Assembly (NCBI GenBank): GCA_050011875.1
Contig: JBEKIG010000010.1
Coordinates: forward strand, 24,499 to 88,498
Source of the DNA: Nitrososphaeria archaeon
GTDB lineage: Archaea; Thermoproteota; Nitrososphaeria; JACIWG01
Length of the DNA: 64,000 nucleotides
Reading direction: 5' to 3'
The notes under the pieces were generated by a model. That model had not been told where the DNA came from and ran no database searches. It worked only from the letters and a program-made list of their open reading frames with translations. This document shows, piece after piece, positions 27,664 to 36,135 of the stretch. Each line of letters starts with the position of its first letter. Position 1 is the first letter of the stretch. The position numbers and the translations under genes were made by a program.

Positions 27664-28796
27664 ATGAAAAGGATAGGTTTCATCGTGAATCCCATAGCCG
27701 GGCTAGACTGAAATAGGGGCCAGGCGGCGTTTTGGGATTAAAAGGAACCGATGATCGTGTAATAGTAGAGTTAGCGATGGTAGAAAAGGTTCCGCCGACA
27801 GCCCAAAAAAAAGCCTTCGAATTCGCCGAGAAGATTGCGAAACTTATAAAAAATGATTTCTGTTTCTATACTTCTAACTCTAAAATGGGTGAAGATTATT
27901 TACGAAAAAAAGGAATTAATTTTGAAGTAGCCTATGAATATAAAGGTAAGTTTAGCACGAGTAGAGATACTGAGAAGCTTTGTGAAAAGCTTATGACAGT
28001 TCGTGTTGAAGCAATATTTTTTGTAGGAGGAGATGGCACTGCTTGTGACATCTTCCGTGTAATAGGAAATAAAGTGCCTCTTATAGGAATACCTGCCGGA
28101 GTTAAGATGTACAGCGGCATATTTTGTACTACAGTCGATACTTCAGTCAAAGCTCTTTCCAATTTTTTGGAAGGATCTTACGAATTATGCGAAGAAGAAA
28201 TAATCGATATAAATGAAGAAAATTATAGAAAGGATGAATTTAATCTTAAAGTATATGGTTATGCTTCGACTTTAAAGGAATTGGAGAATATCCAAGGATC
28301 GAAATCGGATTATTATGGACAGGACAAGGATAATCAAGAAAGGATTGCAAAGTACTTTACAGAAAATATGGAGAAAGAAACTTATTACATATTGGGACCC
28401 GGAACTACAGTCAAGGCAATACCAAAAATGCTGAATCAACCATATACGCTCTTAGGTGTCGATATACTTCTCGAAGGAAAGGTGATTGCACGAGATGTTG
28501 ATGAAAAACACATCTTGAACATTACTAAAGGAAGGAATGTGAAACTTGTTCTGAGCCCCTTAGGTGGACAGGGGATAATACTAGGCCGAGGCAACCAGCA
28601 AATCTCCTCTAAAGTGTTGCGAAGAATTAAAAGGCATGACTTGATATTACTAGCAACAGAAAAAAAACTAAAAGGTTTACGGAGGAATTACCTAATTGCT
28701 GATATTGATGATAGTTTTGTTCGCAAAATATTGGGAGGATATGTACGGGTATTGGTAGATTATAACATAGAAAGGGTTCTGAAATTAACCTATTAA
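27664..28796 (+). CDS. ATP-NAD kinase family protein (COG3199-type), spliced: join(27664..27706,27724..28796), 371 aa
   Basis: Spliced N-terminus MKRIGFIVNPIAGLGGVLGLKGTDD matches the family start; downstream GGDGTA, GIPAGVKMYSG, GPGTT, GGQGIILGRGNQQIS intact. Confidence 0.88.
27707..27723 (+). other. 17-nt BHB-type intron in a protein-coding gene
   Basis: Outer helix GCCG/CGGC, central helix GGCT/GGCC, bulges AG|A and AG|G, inner CT/GG; canonical cut sites give an in-frame join. Confidence 0.85.
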
Positions 28797-28837
28797 AAAG
28801 ATTTAACCTACAATTATTTAAAGGTAGGAGCAGGAGC

Positions 28838-30934
28838 ATGAACCTAAAAAGTCTTTTTCCTAAGAGAGATTTGACTAAAAGGCTAACCATAAAAAGGGAA
28901 AAGATGTTAATTATCTACTCTATCGCAGCGATATTTACATTAAGTGTAGGAACAAGACTACTTTCTGCTCAGTACGGCTACTACTTGAACGAGTTTGACA
29001 CTTATTGGCACTATCTTCAAACTCTTAACATAGTCCAAAGCATTGACCAGAAAGGTTTTTCAGGTCTATTTAATTATTTCCATTTAACAGATACGATGTC
29101 ATGGTATCCCGAAGGAAGAAACGTTGCTGCAACTTCTTTCGGTGGACTATATTATATTGGAGCTTTATCATATATTACGCTGCGAAATATATTCGGCATG
29201 AACATAAGCTTGTATGACTATTTGGTCTTATTGCCAGTAGTAGTTGGAGGATTTATTTCAATAGCAGTTTACCTCCTAGGAAGAAAGATAGACGGTGAGG
29301 CGGTAGGTATTTTTGCAGGAATTATTACTGCTATTTCACCACCTCTAATTTCTAGAGATTCCTTTGGATGGTGGAAAACCGAACCATTTGCTTACCTTTT
29401 TGGAGTACTTGCTCTTCTTCTATTTATTTCACTGGCGGAAGAAGACCGTGTGAACCTTAAAAGCATCGCAAGTTCGTCTATTGCAGGAATCCTGCTTGGC
29501 CTTGGAACGACAATCTGGGGTGGCACAGATTACTTTATTGGTACAGTAGGACTTGCTATTTTTGTTGCCCTATTCTTCATTAAATCCTACAAAGCTCTCT
29601 TTGAAAACGTAACGGTCTTGGTGGTTTGGAGCCTAGTAATTAGCATGATGTTCCAAAAGCCAGGGTTTACCGTATTAATCAGCCCAGCAAATTTTGTAAT
29701 CTACGGTGGGTTACTGAGTTGTTTAATTCTCATTGTGAGGCAGAAGTTTACTCCTTTAGTCACAATCAGGGATAAAATATATTCAATTTTACTTTCAGCG
29801 TTATTCGGTGTGGCACTAGCTGCATTGGGAGCCGTAGGTGGACTTAGTCAAAGATATCTTACGGTTATTTTTCCTACGTTAACTACATCAACGTCTTCTG
29901 TAGGTGAGCTCGTGTCATCCGTCGCTGAACAGACATCATCCACTGTTGTAGAATATTTTGCATATTTCTCTATAATACTGTTCATTTCAGGATTTAGTGT
30001 CTACTACATCCTAAAGAAAGGTGAATTCAAAAAAATAGCTGCATTAATGTTCGCTGCCACAGCGATATATTTTGCTGCGTCATTTGGAAGGCTTGAAATT
30101 TATATGAGCTTTGCGTTTCCTATTTTAGGTGGGATTGGCATTTTAGCAATTCTCAGAGCATTACTTGTCCAACCGACACAACTTTCAACCAAGAAGAGAG
30201 CTAGTAAAGGGCCTTCTAACACTAGCTTGGAGATAGTTTTCGTAATCTTCATAATAACCGTATTGCTCTGGAGTGGCATCATATGGGTTAGCTATGCGAA
30301 TCAGCCGGTTTCCATAGCCACGGGATCAGTTGCAACTACAACAACGAGCTCATCCTGGCTGAACACTCTCACATACATCAGAGAAAACACGCCGCAAGAC
30401 GCAGTGATCATATCTTGGTGGGATTACGGCTATTGGATAAGGGTAGTAGGTAACAGAACTACATTAATCGATAATGCAACTCTTAACGCAACTAAAATTG
30501 CGCTAGTTGGACAGATGTATATGTCAAATGAAACTGAAGCTATCAAATTAATAAAGGAGCTTGTGCCAAATAGAACGAGTATATATGTGGTAGTTTACGC
30601 CGTCACCTATCAAGAGCTTGAACAAGGCCTATATTTAATAGGTGGTGGAGGGGATGAGAGTAAATACGTTTGGATGGCAAAAATAGCACTTCTTAATTCC
30701 TCTCTCTATTTAGACCCTACAACTGGCGATCCGACAAATTATTTCTGGGCTAATACTACGCTAGGATATTTGTATCCTTTTACCCCTGAACAGGTTCAAT
30801 ATGGCACACAAGTAATAACAGCCTTTGCTTACGGCCAAAAGGTAAATAAAGATCCTTACTTCACACTAGTTTATAATTCAACATTCACCTCATACGACCA
30901 AGTATTACTTTACAAAGTTAATTTACAAGGTTAA
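28838..30934 (+). CDS. aglB: Oligosaccharyltransferase AglB (STT3)
   Basis: EFDTYWHY, WYPEGR, SVAEQ, WWDYG, DNAT, DESK; multi-TM N-terminal half. Confidence 0.95.
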   Translation: MNLKSLFPKRDLTKRLTIKREKMLIIYSIAAIFTLSVGTRLLSAQYGYYLNEFDTYWHYLQTLNIVQSIDQKGFSGLFNYFHLTDTMSWYPEGRNVAATSFGGLYYIGALSYITLRNIFGMNISLYDYLVLLPVVVGGFISIAVYLLGRKIDGEAVGIFAGIITAISPPLISRDSFGWWKTEPFAYLFGVLALLLFISLAEEDRVNLKSIASSSIAGILLGLGTTIWGGTDYFIGTVGLAIFVALFFIKSYKALFENVTVLVVWSLVISMMFQKPGFTVLISPANFVIYGGLLSCLILIVRQKFTPLVTIRDKIYSILLSALFGVALAALGAVGGLSQRYLTVIFPTLTTSTSSVGELVSSVAEQTSSTVVEYFAYFSIILFISGFSVYYILKKGEFKKIAALMFAATAIYFAASFGRLEIYMSFAFPILGGIGILAILRALLVQPTQLSTKKRASKGPSNTSLEIVFVIFIITVLLWSGIIWVSYANQPVSIATGSVATTTTSSSWLNTLTYIRENTPQDAVIISWWDYGYWIRVVGNRTTLIDNATLNATKIALVGQMYMSNETEAIKLIKELVPNRTSIYVVVYAVTYQELEQGLYLIGGGGDESKYVWMAKIALLNSSLYLDPTTGDPTNYFWANTTLGYLYPFTPEQVQYGTQVITAFAYGQKVNKDPYFTLVYNSTFTSYDQVLLYKVNLQG

Positions 30935-31092
30935 GGTTTAGAATGCTTCAGTTTAGTTCTTAGGTAAGAATATTTATCATCAGGCGAGAATTTAGGGGGA
31001 TGTGGGACTATCGTTAGGCTTCCGCATTTTGGACAGTGTTCACTTAAAGTATAAACAGCACATTTTTCGCATATTCTTAATAAGGACTTCAT
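30931..31092 (-). CDS. nop10: H/ACA RNP protein Nop10
   Basis: Manual translation MKSLLRICEKCAVYTLSEHCPKCG...PHPPKFSPDDKY; follows aIF2-alpha. Confidence 0.95.
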   Translation of the reverse strand: MKSLLRICEKCAVYTLSEHCPKCGSLTIVPHPPKFSPDDKYSYLRTKLKHSKP

Positions 31093-31105
31093 GTCTATCT
31101 GCTCT

Positions 31106-31891
31106 TTATATCCTTTTCAGGGACACCGTACACTTGTAACGTTTAGCTTCCTTTTGGACTATTTCGTTCGATTGTCTTAGGAGCTGTTCAGCAATTTTAT
31201 AATTCGGAGCCGTTATTGAAAGACGGTAATTTGGTGCGCTCACATATTTTATTGACGCCTTAACATCTTCTCGCTCCATTTTTGTTGTGGAACTCAAAAT
31301 TTGCTTTATTATATCTAAGCCGTTAGAAGCTGAAGAGGAGAGTTGTATTATCTCGTTGACTACAACTGGAGGGGGAGCTAACTTTTCTTTTGCAACGTCG
31401 TACACCTTTTGCGCAAATTCTTCTGGTAAAGATAATTTTGTTAGAATTGAAGTACCTTTTTCCAGCAACGAATCTATCATTGTATACAAAGATGGATATT
31501 CTTCGAGAATTTTTTCCTCAAAACTAGCTACTTGGCTATCAGAGAGTTTTAGATCTAATGCAACCTTCTTTATCACGCTTTTACTTTTTTCCTCTTTCTT
31601 AAGCAAAATCAACTTATCTCTTCTTTCTTCGTCTGTCAGACGTCGGAGGGAAAGGTCTACTTCTTTCCTAGCCTTGTTTATTCTAATTACTTTAAGAATT
31701 GTTTTTTGCTTCTCTTGTATAAAACGATCAATATGCTTTACCCACCCAGAGGCAATTTCGGAGATGTGTAGAAATCCCCTCACATTCTTATATTCATCAA
31801 GTGTAACATAAGCACCATAGGGCGTTATCTCCGTTACTGTCGCAAGGACAACTTCTCCTTCATCAGGGAGCAAAAGGTCTTTTCCAGACAT
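31106..31891 (-). CDS. eif2a: Translation initiation factor 2 alpha
   Basis: PDEGEVV, GAYVTLDEY, HISEIASGW, VDLSLRR, APNYR. Confidence 0.96.
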   Translation of the reverse strand: MSGKDLLLPDEGEVVLATVTEITPYGAYVTLDEYKNVRGFLHISEIASGWVKHIDRFIQEKQKTILKVIRINKARKEVDLSLRRLTDEERRDKLILLKKEEKSKSVIKKVALDLKLSDSQVASFEEKILEEYPSLYTMIDSLLEKGTSILTKLSLPEEFAQKVYDVAKEKLAPPPVVVNEIIQLSSSASNGLDIIKQILSSTTKMEREDVKASIKYVSAPNYRLSITAPNYKIAEQLLRQSNEIVQKEAKRYKCTVSLKRI

Positions 31892-31937
31892 CTAATTCAA
31901 AGTAGGTAAATAATTAGGATATTATAACCTTTGAATT

Positions 31938-32693
31938 TTATTCGATTCTTGGGGCTAGATAGTAGCAAAGGTCAATTCCATATGCTCCAATCTTGAATAA
32001 TAGCTTTATAGGCATCTTGGTTGAGAATTCCAATGAAACGTTTTCTGATACGGAAGATAATGAACCTATTATATCAAGTAAATGCGGTAGACTGTAGGTT
32101 GAAGTACTTTCTTCTTTTACGTCAACAGAAATTATATCTTCATTTGTTTTATCAAGAAGTATTTTGGCGTTTCCTGTATCACCTTGGCCCTCTAGTATTA
32201 TTTGATCTTTCTTTGCAGAAATATTTACAGTTTCTGAGACGACTTGAACGTCGTCCAGAAGGTTCCCTAATGCTTTAGTCCTTATGACAGCCTTTGAATT
32301 AAGTGAAATCTTGGGTAACGGTGTCGATGAACTATAGGGCTCAATTAAATGAACTAAGTATTCCTTTTTATATGAGTTGACAAATTTAATCATAAGGCTG
32401 TTGTCCTTTGTTTCTAGCTCAACTTTATCGTTTGATGAAGCACGCTTTATTAATTTGACGAAATCTTCGATCTTTAATCCTATTTTTAGAGGCTGTGAAC
32501 ATTCATATTTTTCAAATGCAGAATTAGGCCAGTTTAAATCTATCAGTGCAATATGCGAGGGATCCATTCCTCTAAAGTTCAGTCCTTGAGAGGTTGCTTC
32601 AAACGTTGCTTCTTCGACGATTTTGGAGATAGCGACAGCGATTGCTTTCCATTCTTCTGGGGTTTCACTTCTTGCGACGAACATTTGGCTCAC
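31938..32693 (-). CDS. pcn: PCNA sliding clamp
   Basis: RGMDPSHIALI, C-terminal YYLAPRIE. Confidence 0.96.
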   Translation of the reverse strand: MSQMFVARSETPEEWKAIAVAISKIVEEATFEATSQGLNFRGMDPSHIALIDLNWPNSAFEKYECSQPLKIGLKIEDFVKLIKRASSNDKVELETKDNSLMIKFVNSYKKEYLVHLIEPYSSSTPLPKISLNSKAVIRTKALGNLLDDVQVVSETVNISAKKDQIILEGQGDTGNAKILLDKTNEDIISVDVKEESTSTYSLPHLLDIIGSLSSVSENVSLEFSTKMPIKLLFKIGAYGIDLCYYLAPRIE

Positions 32694-32735
32694 AATATCA
32701 TAAAAATCTATGTTAATAAAAGTAACTGTAATTCC

Positions 32736-32942
32736 TTAAACAGAATCAAGTCTCTTAGTTACGCTGCCGTTGATTTTTGCCTTACCACCTGTATTCTCAC
32801 ATAAAATTTCATTACAAGAAGGACATTTGATTGTTTCAGTTGATGCGGAGAATATTACCTTCTGAGCCTTACAATTGTTGCATTCCACGACATAGAAAGC
32901 ACTGTTCGGCTTTGGAACAAGAATTTTCTCCTTTTTATTCAT
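32736..32942 (-). CDS. rps27e: 30S ribosomal protein S27e
   Basis: PKPNSAF..VECNNC...CPSC...TGGKAKI; ATG 32942 preferred as start. Confidence 0.93.
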   Translation of the reverse strand: MNKKEKILVPKPNSAFYVVECNNCKAQKVIFSASTETIKCPSCNEILCENTGGKAKINGSVTKRLDSV

Positions 32943-32949
32943 ATAAAGA

Positions 32950-33231
32950 TCACTTTTCAACGATTTCAGCTTTCCTGAGTCTTATGCCTGGTTTCTGCAG
33001 AGTTTTACTACATTGTTTGCATTTGAGTTTTAGTGAAACTTTTTTCGTTGTCTTAGCAGTCCTAATAAGCTCAGGAAACTTTTGCCCACCATAACCTTTT
33101 CTATCTTGCTCGTGGTGACGTGCACCAGCGGCAGAACGTCTCTCTTTTCCCTTTTTATAAATAGAAACAGTGTGCACAGTATGTGTATTACATTTTGGAC
33201 AATATGTTTTTATTTCTTTAGGTATCTTCAA
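32950..33231 (-). CDS. rpl44e: 50S ribosomal protein L44e
   Basis: TYCPKCNTHTVH, GYGGQKFP, KTTKK. Confidence 0.96.
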   Translation of the reverse strand: MKIPKEIKTYCPKCNTHTVHTVSIYKKGKERRSAAGARHHEQDRKGYGGQKFPELIRTAKTTKKVSLKLKCKQCSKTLQKPGIRLRKAEIVEK

Positions 33232-33791
33232 GAGAGCTCCACCCAGCCTTCGCTCAACGATAACTTGTTTAAAAAGGGTTCGATATTACTATAGGGAAGA
33301 ACTGTGACATCTTCTAGTTCCAACGGACCATATTTCTGAAGATCAACGCCCATAAACGGTGGAATATCTGCCTGGACCTTAACTAGTACAGCTCTTTTAG
33401 TCACTTTTCTCTTCATTTCATTTAAGACGCTTACGTTTCCTATTTCCATATTTTTAAGCAATTGATCAGTGGAAATCCTAAGTCGTTTATAAATTTCATA
33501 CAAAAATCTTTCTTCCGGTGTCAAGTTTGAAAGCGTCAATTTTCCACTAGAATTTAGAAAAATTTTTTTAAATCTTGTTTCCAAAAGCCTTTTAATTAAA
33601 GACATAATAAGAGATCTCTCTTCTGAAGACAAGATATTACTTATGGATTTTGAGTTATTTCCATTTTTACGACTTTGCTTAAAATAAATCGCTACATTTT
33701 CATAAAGAGAATCATCTATTTTAGTCAAATCCGAATTTAAAACCTCTTTGATAAGGTAATCGTAAATAATATCCATATTCAATGATGACAT
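33228..33791 (-). CDS. GINS subunit (Gins15/Gins51-like)
   Basis: NLTPEE, C-terminal IPPFMGVDLQKYGP...DVTVLP B-domain; position after priS. Confidence 0.85.
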   Translation of the reverse strand: MSSLNMDIIYDYLIKEVLNSDLTKIDDSLYENVAIYFKQSRKNGNNSKSISNILSSEERSLIMSLIKRLLETRFKKIFLNSSGKLTLSNLTPEERFLYEIYKRLRISTDQLLKNMEIGNVSVLNEMKRKVTKRAVLVKVQADIPPFMGVDLQKYGPLELEDVTVLPYSNIEPFLNKLSLSEGWVELS

Positions 33792-33826
33792 CCAGCTTTA
33801 TCGTATGTCCTATAGTAGAGATGTTT

Positions 33827-35029
33827 TTATTTGTTTAGGTGATTCTGATCATTCTCCAATGGTTCAGCAAGATTCATTGCAACTAAAAATACAGCAGCCA
33901 TTTCAGGTAGAATCACTTCTTGGTTATTGTATGGCCCAAACTGTTGTTCCTTTAATTCGAATTTTGGAGAGTAGAAGACATGCACTTTGGTCGGTTCATC
34001 TGATAACACTGCTGAGTCTACCAGAGGTGAAAAGGTGCTTATATCTACGATTTTTTTCTTTATAAGACCGGTTCCACCATGTAGTGTATCAGGCATTCTG
34101 AAGATTCTATGTATATCTGTCGTAACGGCAACATCAATTTTTATGCCCAAGTTTTGTTTAATTGACTCGAGTACAGTTAAAAGATCTTTGTATGAATTCT
34201 TTGAAATATATTCAGAAATTGTTTTCCTAAAGAAGTCTTCGTCTAGGTCTTTAATTTGTAAAAGAAGTATTTTTTCAAAAAAATCTTTTGAAAAACGTCC
34301 TGGCCAACCTTTCTCCCAAGGTGTAGGAAAAAGATAGGTTTGTTGCTCTGAAGATGAGCGTTCACCTATGATACTTTTAAGTCTAAATCCATTTAATGTA
34401 AGGTAGTCGGAGAGCTCCAGTCTAAAGGTTTGATCAGCCTTCTCATATGGAGAATTTTCTACTGTAAGATGATATCCTCTTTTTCCTGAAAAGTATATTT
34501 TTAAATCGTTCTTTGATAGTCCAAAATCTCTGATAAGAACATCAGAGAGTTTAACAATTTCTTGTTTGCAATATTCTAAACCATTCTTTGTAGCAATCTT
34601 TATTTCTTCTATCTTATGCGAACCACAATTTGTACAATTCTTCTTGGCACTAGAAAAGAAAGTTCTACAATCGTTACAAAAAAATAAAATCTCCATTAAC
34701 CCTTCTACTTTAGGCAAATGATCTAAATCTATATCAAATATCAGATCTGCACCTTTCCAAACTCTTGAATTAATTGGATCGGAGGGGTCATCGTAATACG
34801 CTGAGGAATAATAAAGGGCTTTAGGGGCTTCATGCAATATTAACGCACTTAGTTCGCCTTCGTTTTTTATCTTTAAATTACGAATCATCCTTTCAGGAGA
34901 AAAAGTAAGGTATCCAATTTCCCTTTCAGACAACCTGGCTGGAACATTTATTTTTGTTACATTGTTATAATAATACTTCTTAAAAATCTTCTTTAGAAAA
35001 ACTTCTTTTTCTGTCAAAATTTTTTTCAC
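33827..35029 (-). CDS. priS: DNA primase small subunit
   Basis: REIG, DLIFDIDLD, FSGKRGYH, IDVAVTTDIHRIFRMPDTLH. Confidence 0.95.
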   Translation of the reverse strand: MKKILTEKEVFLKKIFKKYYYNNVTKINVPARLSEREIGYLTFSPERMIRNLKIKNEGELSALILHEAPKALYYSSAYYDDPSDPINSRVWKGADLIFDIDLDHLPKVEGLMEILFFCNDCRTFFSSAKKNCTNCGSHKIEEIKIATKNGLEYCKQEIVKLSDVLIRDFGLSKNDLKIYFSGKRGYHLTVENSPYEKADQTFRLELSDYLTLNGFRLKSIIGERSSSEQQTYLFPTPWEKGWPGRFSKDFFEKILLLQIKDLDEDFFRKTISEYISKNSYKDLLTVLESIKQNLGIKIDVAVTTDIHRIFRMPDTLHGGTGLIKKKIVDISTFSPLVDSAVLSDEPTKVHVFYSPKFELKEQQFGPYNNQEVILPEMAAVFLVAMNLAEPLENDQNHLNK

Positions 35030-36020
35030 CAGATTTTACTAAACGCCTTCCGTATTGAAGGGGATGCGAAACATTATAGCATGTTTGATTCTTAAAACAT
35101 AAGGATTGGGAGAAAAGGGTTTTACAGTCTGGTACGTTGTATGTTTTCCTTCCTCCCCTTAGACCAGCAATATGTTCAACTTGATACCTTGCTACCTTTT
35201 CATTGAAATCAGGAGAATTAGAGAAGAATTTTATTAAATCGTCAACGCTTTTTCCGGTTTTAAGTAAAAAGGCTGTTAAGAAGAAACGTTCAAAATGCGC
35301 TAGGTTTTCATTTGCTTGAGACCTAACTATAGCATGAGTTACACAAGGAGGGTACTCCGTTATCCTAGTTTCTTCAAATGCAGTCCTAGGTAGAGGATGA
35401 TTTTTTATTATATCAACAAGATATTGTAATTGTTGAGGTATAGCAGGTGTAGTAGATTCTTTTATTCTTTTATATATTTCATGACGGATTTCGTCACGCG
35501 CAAGCCTTATTATTTCATTTCTTTTTGCATAAACTAATCCACAGTCAATAAGCCTATTAACAATTCTCCAATAATCACTTTTTAGCGGAGAAGATAGCGT
35601 CACATAGTCCGTAATACCTACCAAATATTCATAGAAGGAATTTCCTATTGAATATTCGGTTTCGTATACTGGAATCTTTAAGATTTGTTGAATAATATAT
35701 GTTATTGTTTTCTTATTTTCAGTTTTTAGAAAAACTTCAGCACGACCTGCCTCATTTAGAGAAAATCTAGAAATAGCGTCTTCTCTTTGACTTGCTTTGA
35801 TGACCGCGACTGTTAGAATAAAGGATAAAAGATCGGAATCGATATCCAAGACATAAAGTTCTGGAGGATATCTTGAAGATTTTAGCCTAGACTCACATCT
35901 TTTAATTACTCTTTCAAATTCTTCGGAAGAAAGATCATCTAGGGTTAATCCTAGCTGAGATACCCGCGTTCTAGCTTCTTCTAAAAATGGGTACTTTGCT
36001 AAGTCTTCTTCGCCTAAAAT
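34980..36020 (-). CDS. priL: DNA primase large subunit (frame extends about 57 codons upstream of ORF-track start)
   Basis: Upstream in-frame ILGEEDLAKYPFLEEA; YPPC, H.ER, PDFNEKVARYQVEHIAG, Fe-S cysteines. Confidence 0.92.
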   Translation of the reverse strand: MLGEEDLAKYPFLEEARTRVSQLGLTLDDLSSEEFERVIKRCESRLKSSRYPPELYVLDIDSDLLSFILTVAVIKASQREDAISRFSLNEAGRAEVFLKTENKKTITYIIQQILKIPVYETEYSIGNSFYEYLVGITDYVTLSSPLKSDYWRIVNRLIDCGLVYAKRNEIIRLARDEIRHEIYKRIKESTTPAIPQQLQYLVDIIKNHPLPRTAFEETRITEYPPCVTHAIVRSQANENLAHFERFFLTAFLLKTGKSVDDLIKFFSNSPDFNEKVARYQVEHIAGLRGGRKTYNVPDCKTLFSQSLCFKNQTCYNVSHPLQYGRRLVKSGEKNFDRKRSFSKEDF

Positions 36021-36135
36021 GACCTTTTCCGTAGTTTTCCATCTCCTCTTTTATTTTTAGAGGAACCTATTTAATAAGTTTCGTGGAAAAGTTTTAATTG
36101 TTAATAACATTGACGGAAGTAGTAATATAGCAGGC

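Noticed and set aside
27709-27711. TGA readthrough (selenocysteine) in the kinase gene
   Set aside because: The downstream coding region is in a different frame, so readthrough cannot restore it; a 17-nt excision does.
36016-36037. 22-nt intron joining ATG 36042 to the priL frame
   Set aside because: It would be in frame, but the outer and inner helices do not pair, so there is no convincing BHB.
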